In this document: in pieces, positions 48,951 through 57,096 of the stretch
Position numbering within the stretch: the first letter of the stretch is position 1
How the letters are laid out: each line of letters starts with the position of its first letter
DNA from: an uncultured Bacteriovoracaceae bacterium
GTDB lineage: Bacteria; Bdellovibrionota; UBA2394
Assembly: GCA_964655245.1 (NCBI GenBank)
Contig: CAZZLQ010000002.1
Coordinates: 10,654 to 74,653, forward strand
Reading direction: 5' to 3'
DNA length: 64,000 bases
Program-made: the position numbers and the translations under genes
Notes under the pieces: model-generated
The model's database searches: none
Told to the model about the DNA's origin: nothing
What the model saw: the letters and a program-made list of their open reading frames with translations, nothing else

Positions 48951-49853
48951 ATGACTCTGTGCAAAATTTTCATAGTTTTCCCAGCATCCTTTTGCGCATC
49001 AGGTACCATGAAGTTAGAGTCATCGATGATCGCTATGAGCACGCAGCCTAGGGGAGTTTACCTGACGATGCGCTGGCTATGGTTAGCCTTTGCAATTTCG
49101 TTGGTTATTCATTTTTCTCTACTCTTTTTTCTCTCGAAAGAATTCGTCTGGCTTTCAGACTCTCAGACTGATGACAACTGGGTTGAGGTGGAACTGGCTC
49201 CCATGAGTCAGATGCCCGTTCTTGATGTGCCTCAGCCGGCGACAAAGGACGTTCCCGATAAGGCCAAGTTTGCGAGTGATAAAAATATTAAGGTGGATGA
49301 AGAATCTTCCGGTCGGCAGCAGGCCGATGAGAGCTTGACCACCCGCCGGCCCCGCGCTCCATCTAAGCCCAAAACGGAGACATTCTCGCTCTCACAAGCA
49401 GATATCTTGAAAGAGGGCTTTGAGCGACAAACACTTTCGGATGAGCAACGAGGAGCGCCGAGTGAGGCGTTTCTGAGGAAGCTTAAGCGGGGAGATGAGC
49501 TCAAGGTCAACGCTCAACTTTTTGATTACGGCCAGTACATCAATCGCATGAGAGATAAGCTTGCGCAGCGATGGAATGCCAGGTCGGTCATCACGCCACA
49601 GATGTGGAGTCAGCGGGTCGTCCAGGTGAGCGTTGCGGTTATCCTGGATAAGGCCGGAGAAATCGTTGAGCTTCGTAATCTCGCGACCTCGCGATTCAAA
49701 GCTTATGACGATGAGGCCCTCAGAACACTTCGCGACTCTGGTCCTTTCCCCAATCCCCCCAAGAGTCTCGTCCAGGAAGATGGGCTAGTCTACATGACGT
49801 GGAACTTTACTCTCAATCTAGACGGATGGGGCCAAAGACGAAACGTCGATTAG
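48951..49853 (+). CDS. TonB C-terminal-domain protein (energy-transducer-like), start uncertain
   Basis: One TM helix (WLWLAFAISLVIHFSLLFFL), a charged and Pro-containing linker, and a TonB_C-like end (VVQVSVAVILDKAGEIVELRNLATSRFKAYDDEALRTLRDSGPFPNPP). Alternative ATGs are at 49008, 49026, 49035 and 49068. Confidence 0.7.
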   Translation: MTLCKIFIVFPASFCASGTMKLESSMIAMSTQPRGVYLTMRWLWLAFAISLVIHFSLLFFLSKEFVWLSDSQTDDNWVEVELAPMSQMPVLDVPQPATKDVPDKAKFASDKNIKVDEESSGRQQADESLTTRRPRAPSKPKTETFSLSQADILKEGFERQTLSDEQRGAPSEAFLRKLKRGDELKVNAQLFDYGQYINRMRDKLAQRWNARSVITPQMWSQRVVQVSVAVILDKAGEIVELRNLATSRFKAYDDEALRTLRDSGPFPNPPKSLVQEDGLVYMTWNFTLNLDGWGQRRNVD

Positions 49854-51361
49854 TTTGCTGTCCAGCGAAGTCGTGGCTGTTTCTGCGCTCGGAGTTCGTC
49901 AACTTTCTTTCGGAAGGCTCGAGTCGGAGCATTCAAGACCACGTCCGGCTTCTCTTCACACTCCTTGGCGATCTGAATCATAACATCGCAGAATTGATCT
50001 AGCGTCTCCTTGGTTTCGCTTTCGGTTGGCTCAATCATCATCGCTCCCTGGACAACGAGCGGAAAATAAACCGTCATCGGGTGATAGCCGTAATCCATGA
50101 GCCGCTTTGCAATATTAAGAGTCTTAATGCCAAACTTATTTTGTTTGGTGTCCGAAAGAACGACCTCATGTCCGCAGGGGACATCGAAAGGAATGTCATA
50201 GTAGCCGCGAAGTCGGTGTCGAATATAATTCGCATTCAAGACCGCGGCGGAGGCGATCTGTCGAAGATAAGTATCTTTGCCGTCCGGAGTAGTTCCGATC
50301 GTTAGCATATAAGTCAGTGCACGAATGTGAATGGCAAAATTTCCGTAGTAACCCCCAACTCGTCCAATAGAGTCTGGAAGGTTTTCGTTGAAGCTAAAGC
50401 GGTTGCCGACTTTCTCAACAACGGGGGTGGGGAGGAACTTCTTAAGGTGTGCCCGAACGCCGACCGGGCCCGAGCCTGGGCCGCCGCCACCGTGTGGGGT
50501 TGAAAAAGTCTTGTGGAGATTGATGTGCATGATGTCGACGCCAAGATCGGCGGGCTTTACGACGCCCACAATGGCGTTGAAGTTGGCTCCGTCCATATAA
50601 ACCAAGCCGTCGACTGAATGGATGAGCTCAGCAATCTTGTGAATGTTCTCCTCAAAAAGGCCCAAGGTGCTGGGGTTGGTCATCATGATTCCCGCAATAT
50701 CCGGAGTGAGAATCTTCTGAATATCTTCGACCTCAACAATGCCCCGTGGGCCAGTAGGTACTGGGACGATTTCGTAATTAATCATCGTGCAGGTCGCAGG
50801 ATTTGTTCCGTGGGCTGAATCGGGAACGATCACCTTTGTTTTTTTGTTGCCCTTAGATTCGTGGTAGGCCCGCATGATCTTGATTCCAGTGTATTCGCCG
50901 TGGGCGCCGGCATTGGGCTGCAAAGTAAATCCATCTAAGCCAGTGACAGCTGTGAGGAGTCCCTGCAGTTGGTGCTGAATGGCAAGCGCTGGCTGAAGAA
51001 AAGATTCATCCCAAAACGGGTGCATGGAGGCGAGTTTTGCATCCCGCGCCATTTCCTCGTTGATCTTGGGATTGTATTTCATCGTGCAAGAGCCAAGAGG
51101 ATAAAATCCGGTATCAATGGAGTAGTTTTTTTGAGAGAGGCGAACGAAGTGGCGAACAATCTCATTTTCGGAGACTTCAGGAAAGCCTTCCACATGGCTC
51201 CGGAAGAGCGACTGCGGAATGATCTTTTTTGGATCAACATCGGGCACATCGATGGGAGGCAGAGAGTAAGAATTTCTTCCCTCGCGGCTCTTCTCAAAAA
51301 TCGCCGGCTCCTCATGAGCCAGCTGGTTCGAGGCAATGCGGTCTTCAAGATTTAGGCTCAT
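49850..51361 (-). CDS. gcvPB: Glycine dehydrogenase (decarboxylating) subunit 2
   Basis: 503 aa. PLP-Lys region NLHKTFSTPHGGGGPG. Follows gcvPA with a 4-nt overlap. Confidence 0.95.
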   Translation of the reverse strand: MSLNLEDRIASNQLAHEEPAIFEKSREGRNSYSLPPIDVPDVDPKKIIPQSLFRSHVEGFPEVSENEIVRHFVRLSQKNYSIDTGFYPLGSCTMKYNPKINEEMARDAKLASMHPFWDESFLQPALAIQHQLQGLLTAVTGLDGFTLQPNAGAHGEYTGIKIMRAYHESKGNKKTKVIVPDSAHGTNPATCTMINYEIVPVPTGPRGIVEVEDIQKILTPDIAGIMMTNPSTLGLFEENIHKIAELIHSVDGLVYMDGANFNAIVGVVKPADLGVDIMHINLHKTFSTPHGGGGPGSGPVGVRAHLKKFLPTPVVEKVGNRFSFNENLPDSIGRVGGYYGNFAIHIRALTYMLTIGTTPDGKDTYLRQIASAAVLNANYIRHRLRGYYDIPFDVPCGHEVVLSDTKQNKFGIKTLNIAKRLMDYGYHPMTVYFPLVVQGAMMIEPTESETKETLDQFCDVMIQIAKECEEKPDVVLNAPTRAFRKKVDELRAQKQPRLRWTAN

Positions 51362-52701
51362 GCTGACCTCCTTAAGAAAGAAGCGAGCTCATCGATTTGA
51401 GTTTTCGTGATCAGCTCTGTTGTGCAGACAAGCAATCGGTTGCTCCACGCCTTATCGAAACGGCCCATATCCACACCGCAAACAAAACCTTCAGCGGCAG
51501 CTTGGCGAACAACCTTGCTCGCATCACAGGGCAGCTCCACACAAAACTCATTAAAGGTCGGAGATTTTGAAATTTTGAAAGAGGTGGAAGCCGCGGCAAT
51601 AGAGGCTTTGGCATATTCCGATAAGCTCAAGTTTCTTTGAGCCAACATTGAAAATCCCTGCTTACCCAGCGTTGTCATGTGGATGAGTCCTGCGAGCATA
51701 TTCAAGTTTTGATTGGTACAAATATTAGAGGTGGCTTTGTCGCGACGAATGAACTGCTCTCGAGTTGCAAACGTCAATGTGTAAGCGCGACGTCCAAGCT
51801 CATCGACCGTTTCTCCCACAAGTCGCCCAGGGAGATTTCGGATGTACTCATTCTTGGTTGCAAACAGACCATACGATGCACCCGCCAGATAAGGAGCTGC
51901 GCCAAAGCTTGCGCCCTCGGCCGTTACGAAGTGAGCACCAAAAGCGCCAGGTCCTCGCAGAACGCCCCAAGCCAAAGGCTCAGGAGTCGCCGTGGCCCAA
52001 AGAGTCTCAGATCCCTGGATCAGATTTCCAATTGCTTCGTAGTTTTCAATGACTCCGAAGATGTTTGGGCTTTGCGTGATCACAAGGTCCGCTCCGGACT
52101 TAACACCGGCTGCTAGACGATCCAGATCTGTTTGATCGCCCTTAAGCGGAACGATTTCAATTCGATCAGAAAAGTTTTGAAGATAGGTTCTTAGAACTCC
52201 AATGTAGAAAGGATGAAGTCCTTGAGAGATGAGAATCTTGCCTTCAGCCTTTTTCTTCACTCGAAGCGCCATAAGAGCTGCTTCAGCCAGAGAGGTCGCC
52301 CCGTCATAAAGTGAGGCGTTTGAAAGCTCGCACTCCGTCAGCTGGCAAACAAGAGTCTGAAACTCAAAAATGGCTTGAAGCGTTCCTTGGCTAATCTCGG
52401 GCTGATAGGGGGTATAGGATGTGGCAAACTCTGATCTGCCCTGAAGAAACGGAACAATCGAGGGAACGTCATGATGATAAATTCCCGCACCAGCGAAGCT
52501 CATTCTCGGCTGAGGGGAGAGAGCGCAGAACTCTTGGAAGGTTTTTCTAATTTCGATTTCAGACTGCGCTTTTGGATAGGGGAGAGCCCCTTTCACTTTG
52601 AGATGCGGAGGAATAAATTTAAAGAGCTCATCTTCTGAGCTCAGCCCGACAACCTTCAAGAGGGCCTCTCGGTCGCGTGGGCCCTGTGGAATATATTTCA
52701 T
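51358..52701 (-). CDS. gcvPA: Glycine dehydrogenase (decarboxylating) subunit 1
   Basis: 447 aa. Blocks SFAGAGIYHH, YTPYQPEISQGTLQ and FEFQT. Confidence 0.95.
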   Translation of the reverse strand: MKYIPQGPRDREALLKVVGLSSEDELFKFIPPHLKVKGALPYPKAQSEIEIRKTFQEFCALSPQPRMSFAGAGIYHHDVPSIVPFLQGRSEFATSYTPYQPEISQGTLQAIFEFQTLVCQLTECELSNASLYDGATSLAEAALMALRVKKKAEGKILISQGLHPFYIGVLRTYLQNFSDRIEIVPLKGDQTDLDRLAAGVKSGADLVITQSPNIFGVIENYEAIGNLIQGSETLWATATPEPLAWGVLRGPGAFGAHFVTAEGASFGAAPYLAGASYGLFATKNEYIRNLPGRLVGETVDELGRRAYTLTFATREQFIRRDKATSNICTNQNLNMLAGLIHMTTLGKQGFSMLAQRNLSLSEYAKASIAAASTSFKISKSPTFNEFCVELPCDASKVVRQAAAEGFVCGVDMGRFDKAWSNRLLVCTTELITKTQIDELASFLRRSA

Positions 52702-52724
52702 AAACTTTCAAAGATCCGAAGATC

Positions 52725-53141
52725 TTAATTTTTTGCTGCTTTTGAAATAAGCTTCAAATATTCAGCGGCAGGAAGAAGCTGCTCGAGCTCTTTCTCGTCA
52801 TCAATCTCAATCTTGATCATCCAACCCTCACCATAAGGATCTTCGTTGACCAATTCAGCCGTGGTAGGGAGCTTGGCATTCACTTCCAAGACCTCTCCTG
52901 CAAGAGGGGCGTAGAGTTCAGCAACGGTTTTGAGAGAATCGACGGAACCAAAAACTTTCCCCATTTTGAAAGACTGACCTTCTTCGGGGAGCTCAACATA
53001 AGTGATGTCGCCCAGCGCGTGTTGAGCGTAATCCGTAATCCCGATATAGGCTGTGCCATCTTCAATTCGAGCCCACTCGTGATTCTTGGTGTAGAGAAGG
53101 TGCTCGGGGACATGCATTCCAGGTTCTTTTTTTCCAGCCAT
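52725..53141 (-). CDS. gcvH: Glycine cleavage system H protein
   Basis: Block YTKNHEWARIEDG and the lipoyl-Lys context (VDSLKTVAELYAP). ATG 53141 follows GAGGA; the ORF-track start is at 53156. Confidence 0.93.
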   Translation of the reverse strand: MAGKKEPGMHVPEHLLYTKNHEWARIEDGTAYIGITDYAQHALGDITYVELPEEGQSFKMGKVFGSVDSLKTVAELYAPLAGEVLEVNAKLPTTAELVNEDPYGEGWMIKIEIDDEKELEQLLPAAEYLKLISKAAKN

Positions 53142-53165
53142 CGTTTCTATCCTCACTTAAATCAA

Positions 53166-54266
53166 TTACTTTGCAGTGCCTTTTGCTTTGACCCGTGCTG
53201 TGGGGACAAAGGGCAAACTCTGAGCACGAGCCTCTCTCTGTTTTCCGGCACTTTCAAGCATAAAAACGTCGGGCTTTGTCCCCCCCAAGGCCTGGGCCTG
53301 GACCAGTCCAAGGCCGATGCCGACTTTCTTGATCGGAGATGTTGATCCACTTGTGATCCAGCCCACCTCTTGACCGTCTATGAACAGCTTATCCCCAGCC
53401 CGGATGGGTTTGGGGTTGTCAGTTTGAAGAGAGACCGGCAGATATCGGGGGGCCTGCTTTGCTCCCGAGGCGCCCACAAACGCATGATTGGCGTCCATTG
53501 CAAAAGCGGCAAAGGTTTCGAGGGGTTTCAGCGAATCATCGAGTTCGTGTCCATACAGGGGGAAGCCAACTTCAAGGCGTAGAGTGTCCCTTGCCCCAAG
53601 CCCAATCGGGGAAGCTCCCGCGCTCCTTAACTTCGTCCAAAACTCAACAGCCAAAGCGTTGGGCAAAAAGACTTCAAATCCATCCTCGCCCGTGTAGCCC
53701 GTTCGAGCCACGATCCAGTTAGGGCTGGGCTGGAAGAATGTATAGTATTTGAGGTCCTTGGAGCGAGGAATCAGAGATTCAACCACTTCAACCGCTCGGG
53801 GACCCTGAATGGCGATGAGTGCCGTTTCTGCGCTGACGTCCGTGAGTGTGACATTGAAGTTGCCCTTGTGACTTTGTAGGTGCTTCCAGTCTTTGGATAC
53901 ATTGGCCGCATTCACAACCATCCAATACAGATTAGAGTCAAACTTATAGACAATGATGTCGTCCACAATCGTTCCGGAGTCGTTGAGCAAAAGGCAGTAT
54001 TGAGCGCGATGGTTCGCCGTCTTGTCAAAGGGACGGGTACAAACATGATTCAGAAACTGGGTAGCTTCCGGACCAGCAATCCAAAACTCTCCCATATGAG
54101 AGACATCAAACATTCCCACATCCTGTCGAACGGCCAGGTGTTCTTTGGCCATACCCCCGGTCACCTGATCATAGGAAATCGGCATATCGTAGCCCGCAAA
54201 GGGTGCCATACGAGCCTTCAAGGCAATATGTTCCGAATGAAGAGGAGTCTTAAGTAGTTGTGTCAT
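53166..54266 (-). CDS. gcvT: Aminomethyltransferase (glycine cleavage T protein)
   Basis: 366 aa. N-terminus TPLHSEH, plus FAGYDMPISY, MFDVSHMGEF and ARTGYTGEDGFE. Confidence 0.95.
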   Translation of the reverse strand: MTQLLKTPLHSEHIALKARMAPFAGYDMPISYDQVTGGMAKEHLAVRQDVGMFDVSHMGEFWIAGPEATQFLNHVCTRPFDKTANHRAQYCLLLNDSGTIVDDIIVYKFDSNLYWMVVNAANVSKDWKHLQSHKGNFNVTLTDVSAETALIAIQGPRAVEVVESLIPRSKDLKYYTFFQPSPNWIVARTGYTGEDGFEVFLPNALAVEFWTKLRSAGASPIGLGARDTLRLEVGFPLYGHELDDSLKPLETFAAFAMDANHAFVGASGAKQAPRYLPVSLQTDNPKPIRAGDKLFIDGQEVGWITSGSTSPIKKVGIGLGLVQAQALGGTKPDVFMLESAGKQREARAQSLPFVPTARVKAKGTAK

Positions 54267-54366
54267 GAGGGCTTCTTATCTGAACCGCTCAACAGATTCC
54301 ACCGTTCTTCGTGCTTGGCGTAAGTCGTCCTCGTCGAGCATAGTAAAGAGATCAACCAGGTGGTTC

Positions 54367-54684
54367 ATGAGTGAGTTAGATAAGTTAAAAAAGAGGGTTG
54401 TTTTGCGCTCAGTGGACGCTGATTTTGCGGATGGAGTGCGCGCAGCACTTGATTTTCGGGGCGATGTAAAAATCATCATGGAAGACGGCTCAGAAGTCGT
54501 TGGCTATGTTTTTCACGGAGAAAATGGATTCCTCGATATTTTTCCCCTCCATGGAAGCCAGAAAGAATCGATTCCGCTCCAGGGAATCGCAACGATTATC
54601 TTTGGTGAAGAAGATTCTTTTCAGGGAAAAAGTTGGCAGGATTTTGTTCGCCAGCGATCCCAAGGAGCGAGTCTCGAGTCATGA
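54367..54684 (+). CDS. Hypothetical small protein
   Basis: 105 aa from ATG 54367. The upstream part of ORF 54265.. would abut the gcvT start codon (ATG at 54264..54266) and consume the whole divergent spacer. Its stop overlaps the SDR start (ATGA). Confidence 0.45.
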   Translation: MSELDKLKKRVVLRSVDADFADGVRAALDFRGDVKIIMEDGSEVVGYVFHGENGFLDIFPLHGSQKESIPLQGIATIIFGEEDSFQGKSWQDFVRQRSQGASLES

Positions 54685-55409
54685 TGGAGCTTCAGGGGCG
54701 AAATGTTTTGATTACGGGCGGTGGCCGAGGAATCGGAGCTGCCTGTGCTCATCGTGCAGCAAAGTCCGGGGCGAACGTCTCCGTTTTGGGCCGGACAAAA
54801 AAACAGATTGAAGGCGTCGTTGCCCAACTTCAGGCCGAGTTTCCGCAGCAGAAGTTTTTCTCATTTGTGGGCGATGTGGCTCAAGAGGCGGATGTAATTC
54901 GTTGGGTCGAGGAGTCAGATCGACAGATTGGACCCGTCACGGATCTTGTTAACAATGCGGCGGATTTTTTTTCATCCCCACTCATTGAGACATCGCTGAA
55001 GGATTGGGAGCGACTCTTTTCTGTGAACGTTCACGGGGTGTTCCTCAGCTCTCGAGAGTGTGTCAAAAAAATGCTGGCCCGTAAAACGGCGGGATCCATC
55101 GTGAATATCGGATCCCTCGCGGGAATTCGTGGGCTGACAAAGTTTTCGGGAACCACGGCTTATTGTGCGACCAAATCGGCTTTGGTTTCTATGACAGAAG
55201 CCATGGCGGCAGAACTTCGAGAGAATCACATTCGCGTAAACCTTGTTGCTCCTGGGGCCGTGGAAACAGAGATGCTTCACCGAGCGTTTCCGGGATTTCA
55301 TTCACCGGCAACTCCTGAGGATTTGGCGGAGGTGGTGTTTTACTTTTTGAATCCAAAGGCTGCGCGCGTTGTCACGGGAAGCGTTCTTGAGGTTCTCACA
55401 ACGCCATAA
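54681..55409 (+). CDS. Short-chain dehydrogenase/reductase (SDR) family oxidoreductase
   Basis: Cofactor motif ITGGGRGIG, an NNAA motif, and the catalytic S...YxxxK (YCATK). Confidence 0.88.
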   Translation: MMELQGRNVLITGGGRGIGAACAHRAAKSGANVSVLGRTKKQIEGVVAQLQAEFPQQKFFSFVGDVAQEADVIRWVEESDRQIGPVTDLVNNAADFFSSPLIETSLKDWERLFSVNVHGVFLSSRECVKKMLARKTAGSIVNIGSLAGIRGLTKFSGTTAYCATKSALVSMTEAMAAELRENHIRVNLVAPGAVETEMLHRAFPGFHSPATPEDLAEVVFYFLNPKAARVVTGSVLEVLTTP

Positions 55410-55410
55410 C

Positions 55411-56577
55411 ATGAGCGATGATCAGAAACAGTTGAGAATTCTTGGGGGGGGACAGCTCGCCTTGATGTTGGCTGAGGCAGCTGAGGCCCTTGGCGTTCAT
55501 GTAACAGTACTGTCGGCCTCTTCGGATGATCCCGCTGCTTCCCGGTATTCGAGGGGGTTGGTGGGGGGCGTTGCCGACGAAAAAACGCTCAGCAAGTTTA
55601 TGCGCCTTTCGGGCCCGATTGTTTTTGAGAGCGACTTTTTGCCCTATCAGAAGCTTCACTCTGTTTCAGGCGCTGCTTTCTTGCCGGCTTTAAGAACGAT
55701 GGAGTTGCTGAGCGATAAGCTCTCCCAAAAGAGAGCGCTGCAAGAGGCGGGCATGAGGGTTGCGGATTTTTTGGAGATGAAGGTGGATGAGGCTGCCGAA
55801 GCTTTTGTGTCGCGCGCTCAAGATCGGTTTGGAAATGGCTTTGTGCTCAAGTGGGCTCGAGGCGGCTATGATGGAAAAGGGGTTTGGATTTCAAAAACGG
55901 AGGATCCTTCTGCTGGATTGAGATTTGTGGAGAGAGCTCTTGCTCAGGGAACGAGGGTGTTTGCGGAAGAAAAGATAAGCTTCTCTCGAGAACTTGCTCA
56001 GGTCGCTGTTTTCTCTGTGTCTCAAGAGTTTCGAGCCTATCCACTTGTCGTCTCTCATCAGCAAAATGGGATTTGCGACTATGCCTATGGGCCAGCCAGT
56101 TGTTTTGGTGTGAGCGAAGCAGTTCGCAATCAGATACTACAGACGATGGAGAAGCTCGCTCGCAACCTGAATCTCTTTGGCTGTTTTGCTGTCGAGATGT
56201 TCGAGCTCCTCGATGGATCAGTTTTGGCGAATGAAATTGCTCCACGAGTGCACAACTCAGGGCACTTTACTCTTTCCTGTGGCGTGACGAGTCAGTTTGA
56301 AAACCACATTCGGGCTGTGCTCGGAATGGCGCTGGGAAGCACACATACAAACAATTACTTTCTCATGAAAAACATCTTGGGGCTTGGCCATCGAGAGGTT
56401 GTTAGGCACCCACAGTCGCCGGAGAAGTCTTGGGATATGAAGTGGTATGGCAAGTGTCAGATGAGGCCCGGCAGAAAGATGGGTCATATCAATTACGTGG
56501 CGGCAGAGCCGTTTAACGTCGGCGAGCTTGAAGCAAAGATGTCTGCATGGATTGAAGCTTTTGGAAAATCCCAGTAA
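55411..56577 (+). CDS. purK: N5-carboxyaminoimidazole ribonucleotide synthase
   Basis: ATP-grasp protein starting LRILGGGQLALML and containing the PRVHNSGH motif. Lies directly upstream of purE. Start placed at ATG 55411, after the SDR stop. Confidence 0.9.
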   Translation: MSDDQKQLRILGGGQLALMLAEAAEALGVHVTVLSASSDDPAASRYSRGLVGGVADEKTLSKFMRLSGPIVFESDFLPYQKLHSVSGAAFLPALRTMELLSDKLSQKRALQEAGMRVADFLEMKVDEAAEAFVSRAQDRFGNGFVLKWARGGYDGKGVWISKTEDPSAGLRFVERALAQGTRVFAEEKISFSRELAQVAVFSVSQEFRAYPLVVSHQQNGICDYAYGPASCFGVSEAVRNQILQTMEKLARNLNLFGCFAVEMFELLDGSVLANEIAPRVHNSGHFTLSCGVTSQFENHIRAVLGMALGSTHTNNYFLMKNILGLGHREVVRHPQSPEKSWDMKWYGKCQMRPGRKMGHINYVAAEPFNVGELEAKMSAWIEAFGKSQ

Positions 56578-56586
56578 GAGGAAGAT

Positions 56587-57096
56587 ATGGCTAAGCGCAA
56601 ACCGCAAGTAGCAATCGTGATGGGGAGTGACTCTGACTACTCAGTGATGTGTCATGCTGAGGAGGCTCTCCAGGAATTCAAGATCGCCTATGAGATTCAG
56701 ATTATCTCTGCTCATCGCACTCCTGATGAGATGTCGAGTTTTGCGCGATCAGCAGCTCGAAGAGGGGTGAAGGTGATCATTGCGGGCGCGGGAGGAGCTG
56801 CTCATTTGCCGGGAATGGTGGCCGCTCATGCGGAGGTTCCTGTCATTGGAGTTCCTGTTCCTCATGGAGCTTTGCAGGGTCAAGATGCTCTCTTATCAAT
56901 TGTTCAGATGCCGAAGGGTGTTCCGGTTGCTACCGTTGCGATTGGAAACTCTTACAATGCGGGACTGCTCGCTGTTCAGATTTTAGGCGCTGGGAAATCT
57001 TCGATTCTCAATCAAGTGCGCCGATACAAAGAGCGACTTCGAAAAAAAGTTTTGTCTAAGAAGCTAGTCCGGAACCCGAAGATCAAGAGCGGTTGA
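56587..57096 (+). CDS. purE: N5-carboxyaminoimidazole ribonucleotide mutase
   Basis: 169 aa. Blocks VAIVMGSDSD, SAHRTPD, AGGAAHLPGMVAA and PVIGVPV. Confidence 0.95.
   Translation: MAKRKPQVAIVMGSDSDYSVMCHAEEALQEFKIAYEIQIISAHRTPDEMSSFARSAARRGVKVIIAGAGGAAHLPGMVAAHAEVPVIGVPVPHGALQGQDALLSIVQMPKGVPVATVAIGNSYNAGLLAVQILGAGKSSILNQVRRYKERLRKKVLSKKLVRNPKIKSG

Noticed and set aside
48947-48963. Sigma-54-like promoter TGGCATGACTCTGTGCA upstream of the TonB_C gene.
   Set aside because: The GG-to-GC spacing is one nucleotide longer than in the TGGCAC-N5-TTGC consensus, and the -12 element reads TGTGC. It also overlaps the first candidate start codon. No enhancer-binding protein gene is nearby.
54267-54366. 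Possible glycine riboswitch upstream of the gcvT-H-PA-PB operon.
   Set aside because: Only about 100 nt separate gcvT from the divergent gene. The leader lacks the conserved glycine-aptamer elements (no GGAGAG...CACCGAAGGGGCAA-type core) on the minus strand. No covariance-model search was run, so this rejection is provisional.
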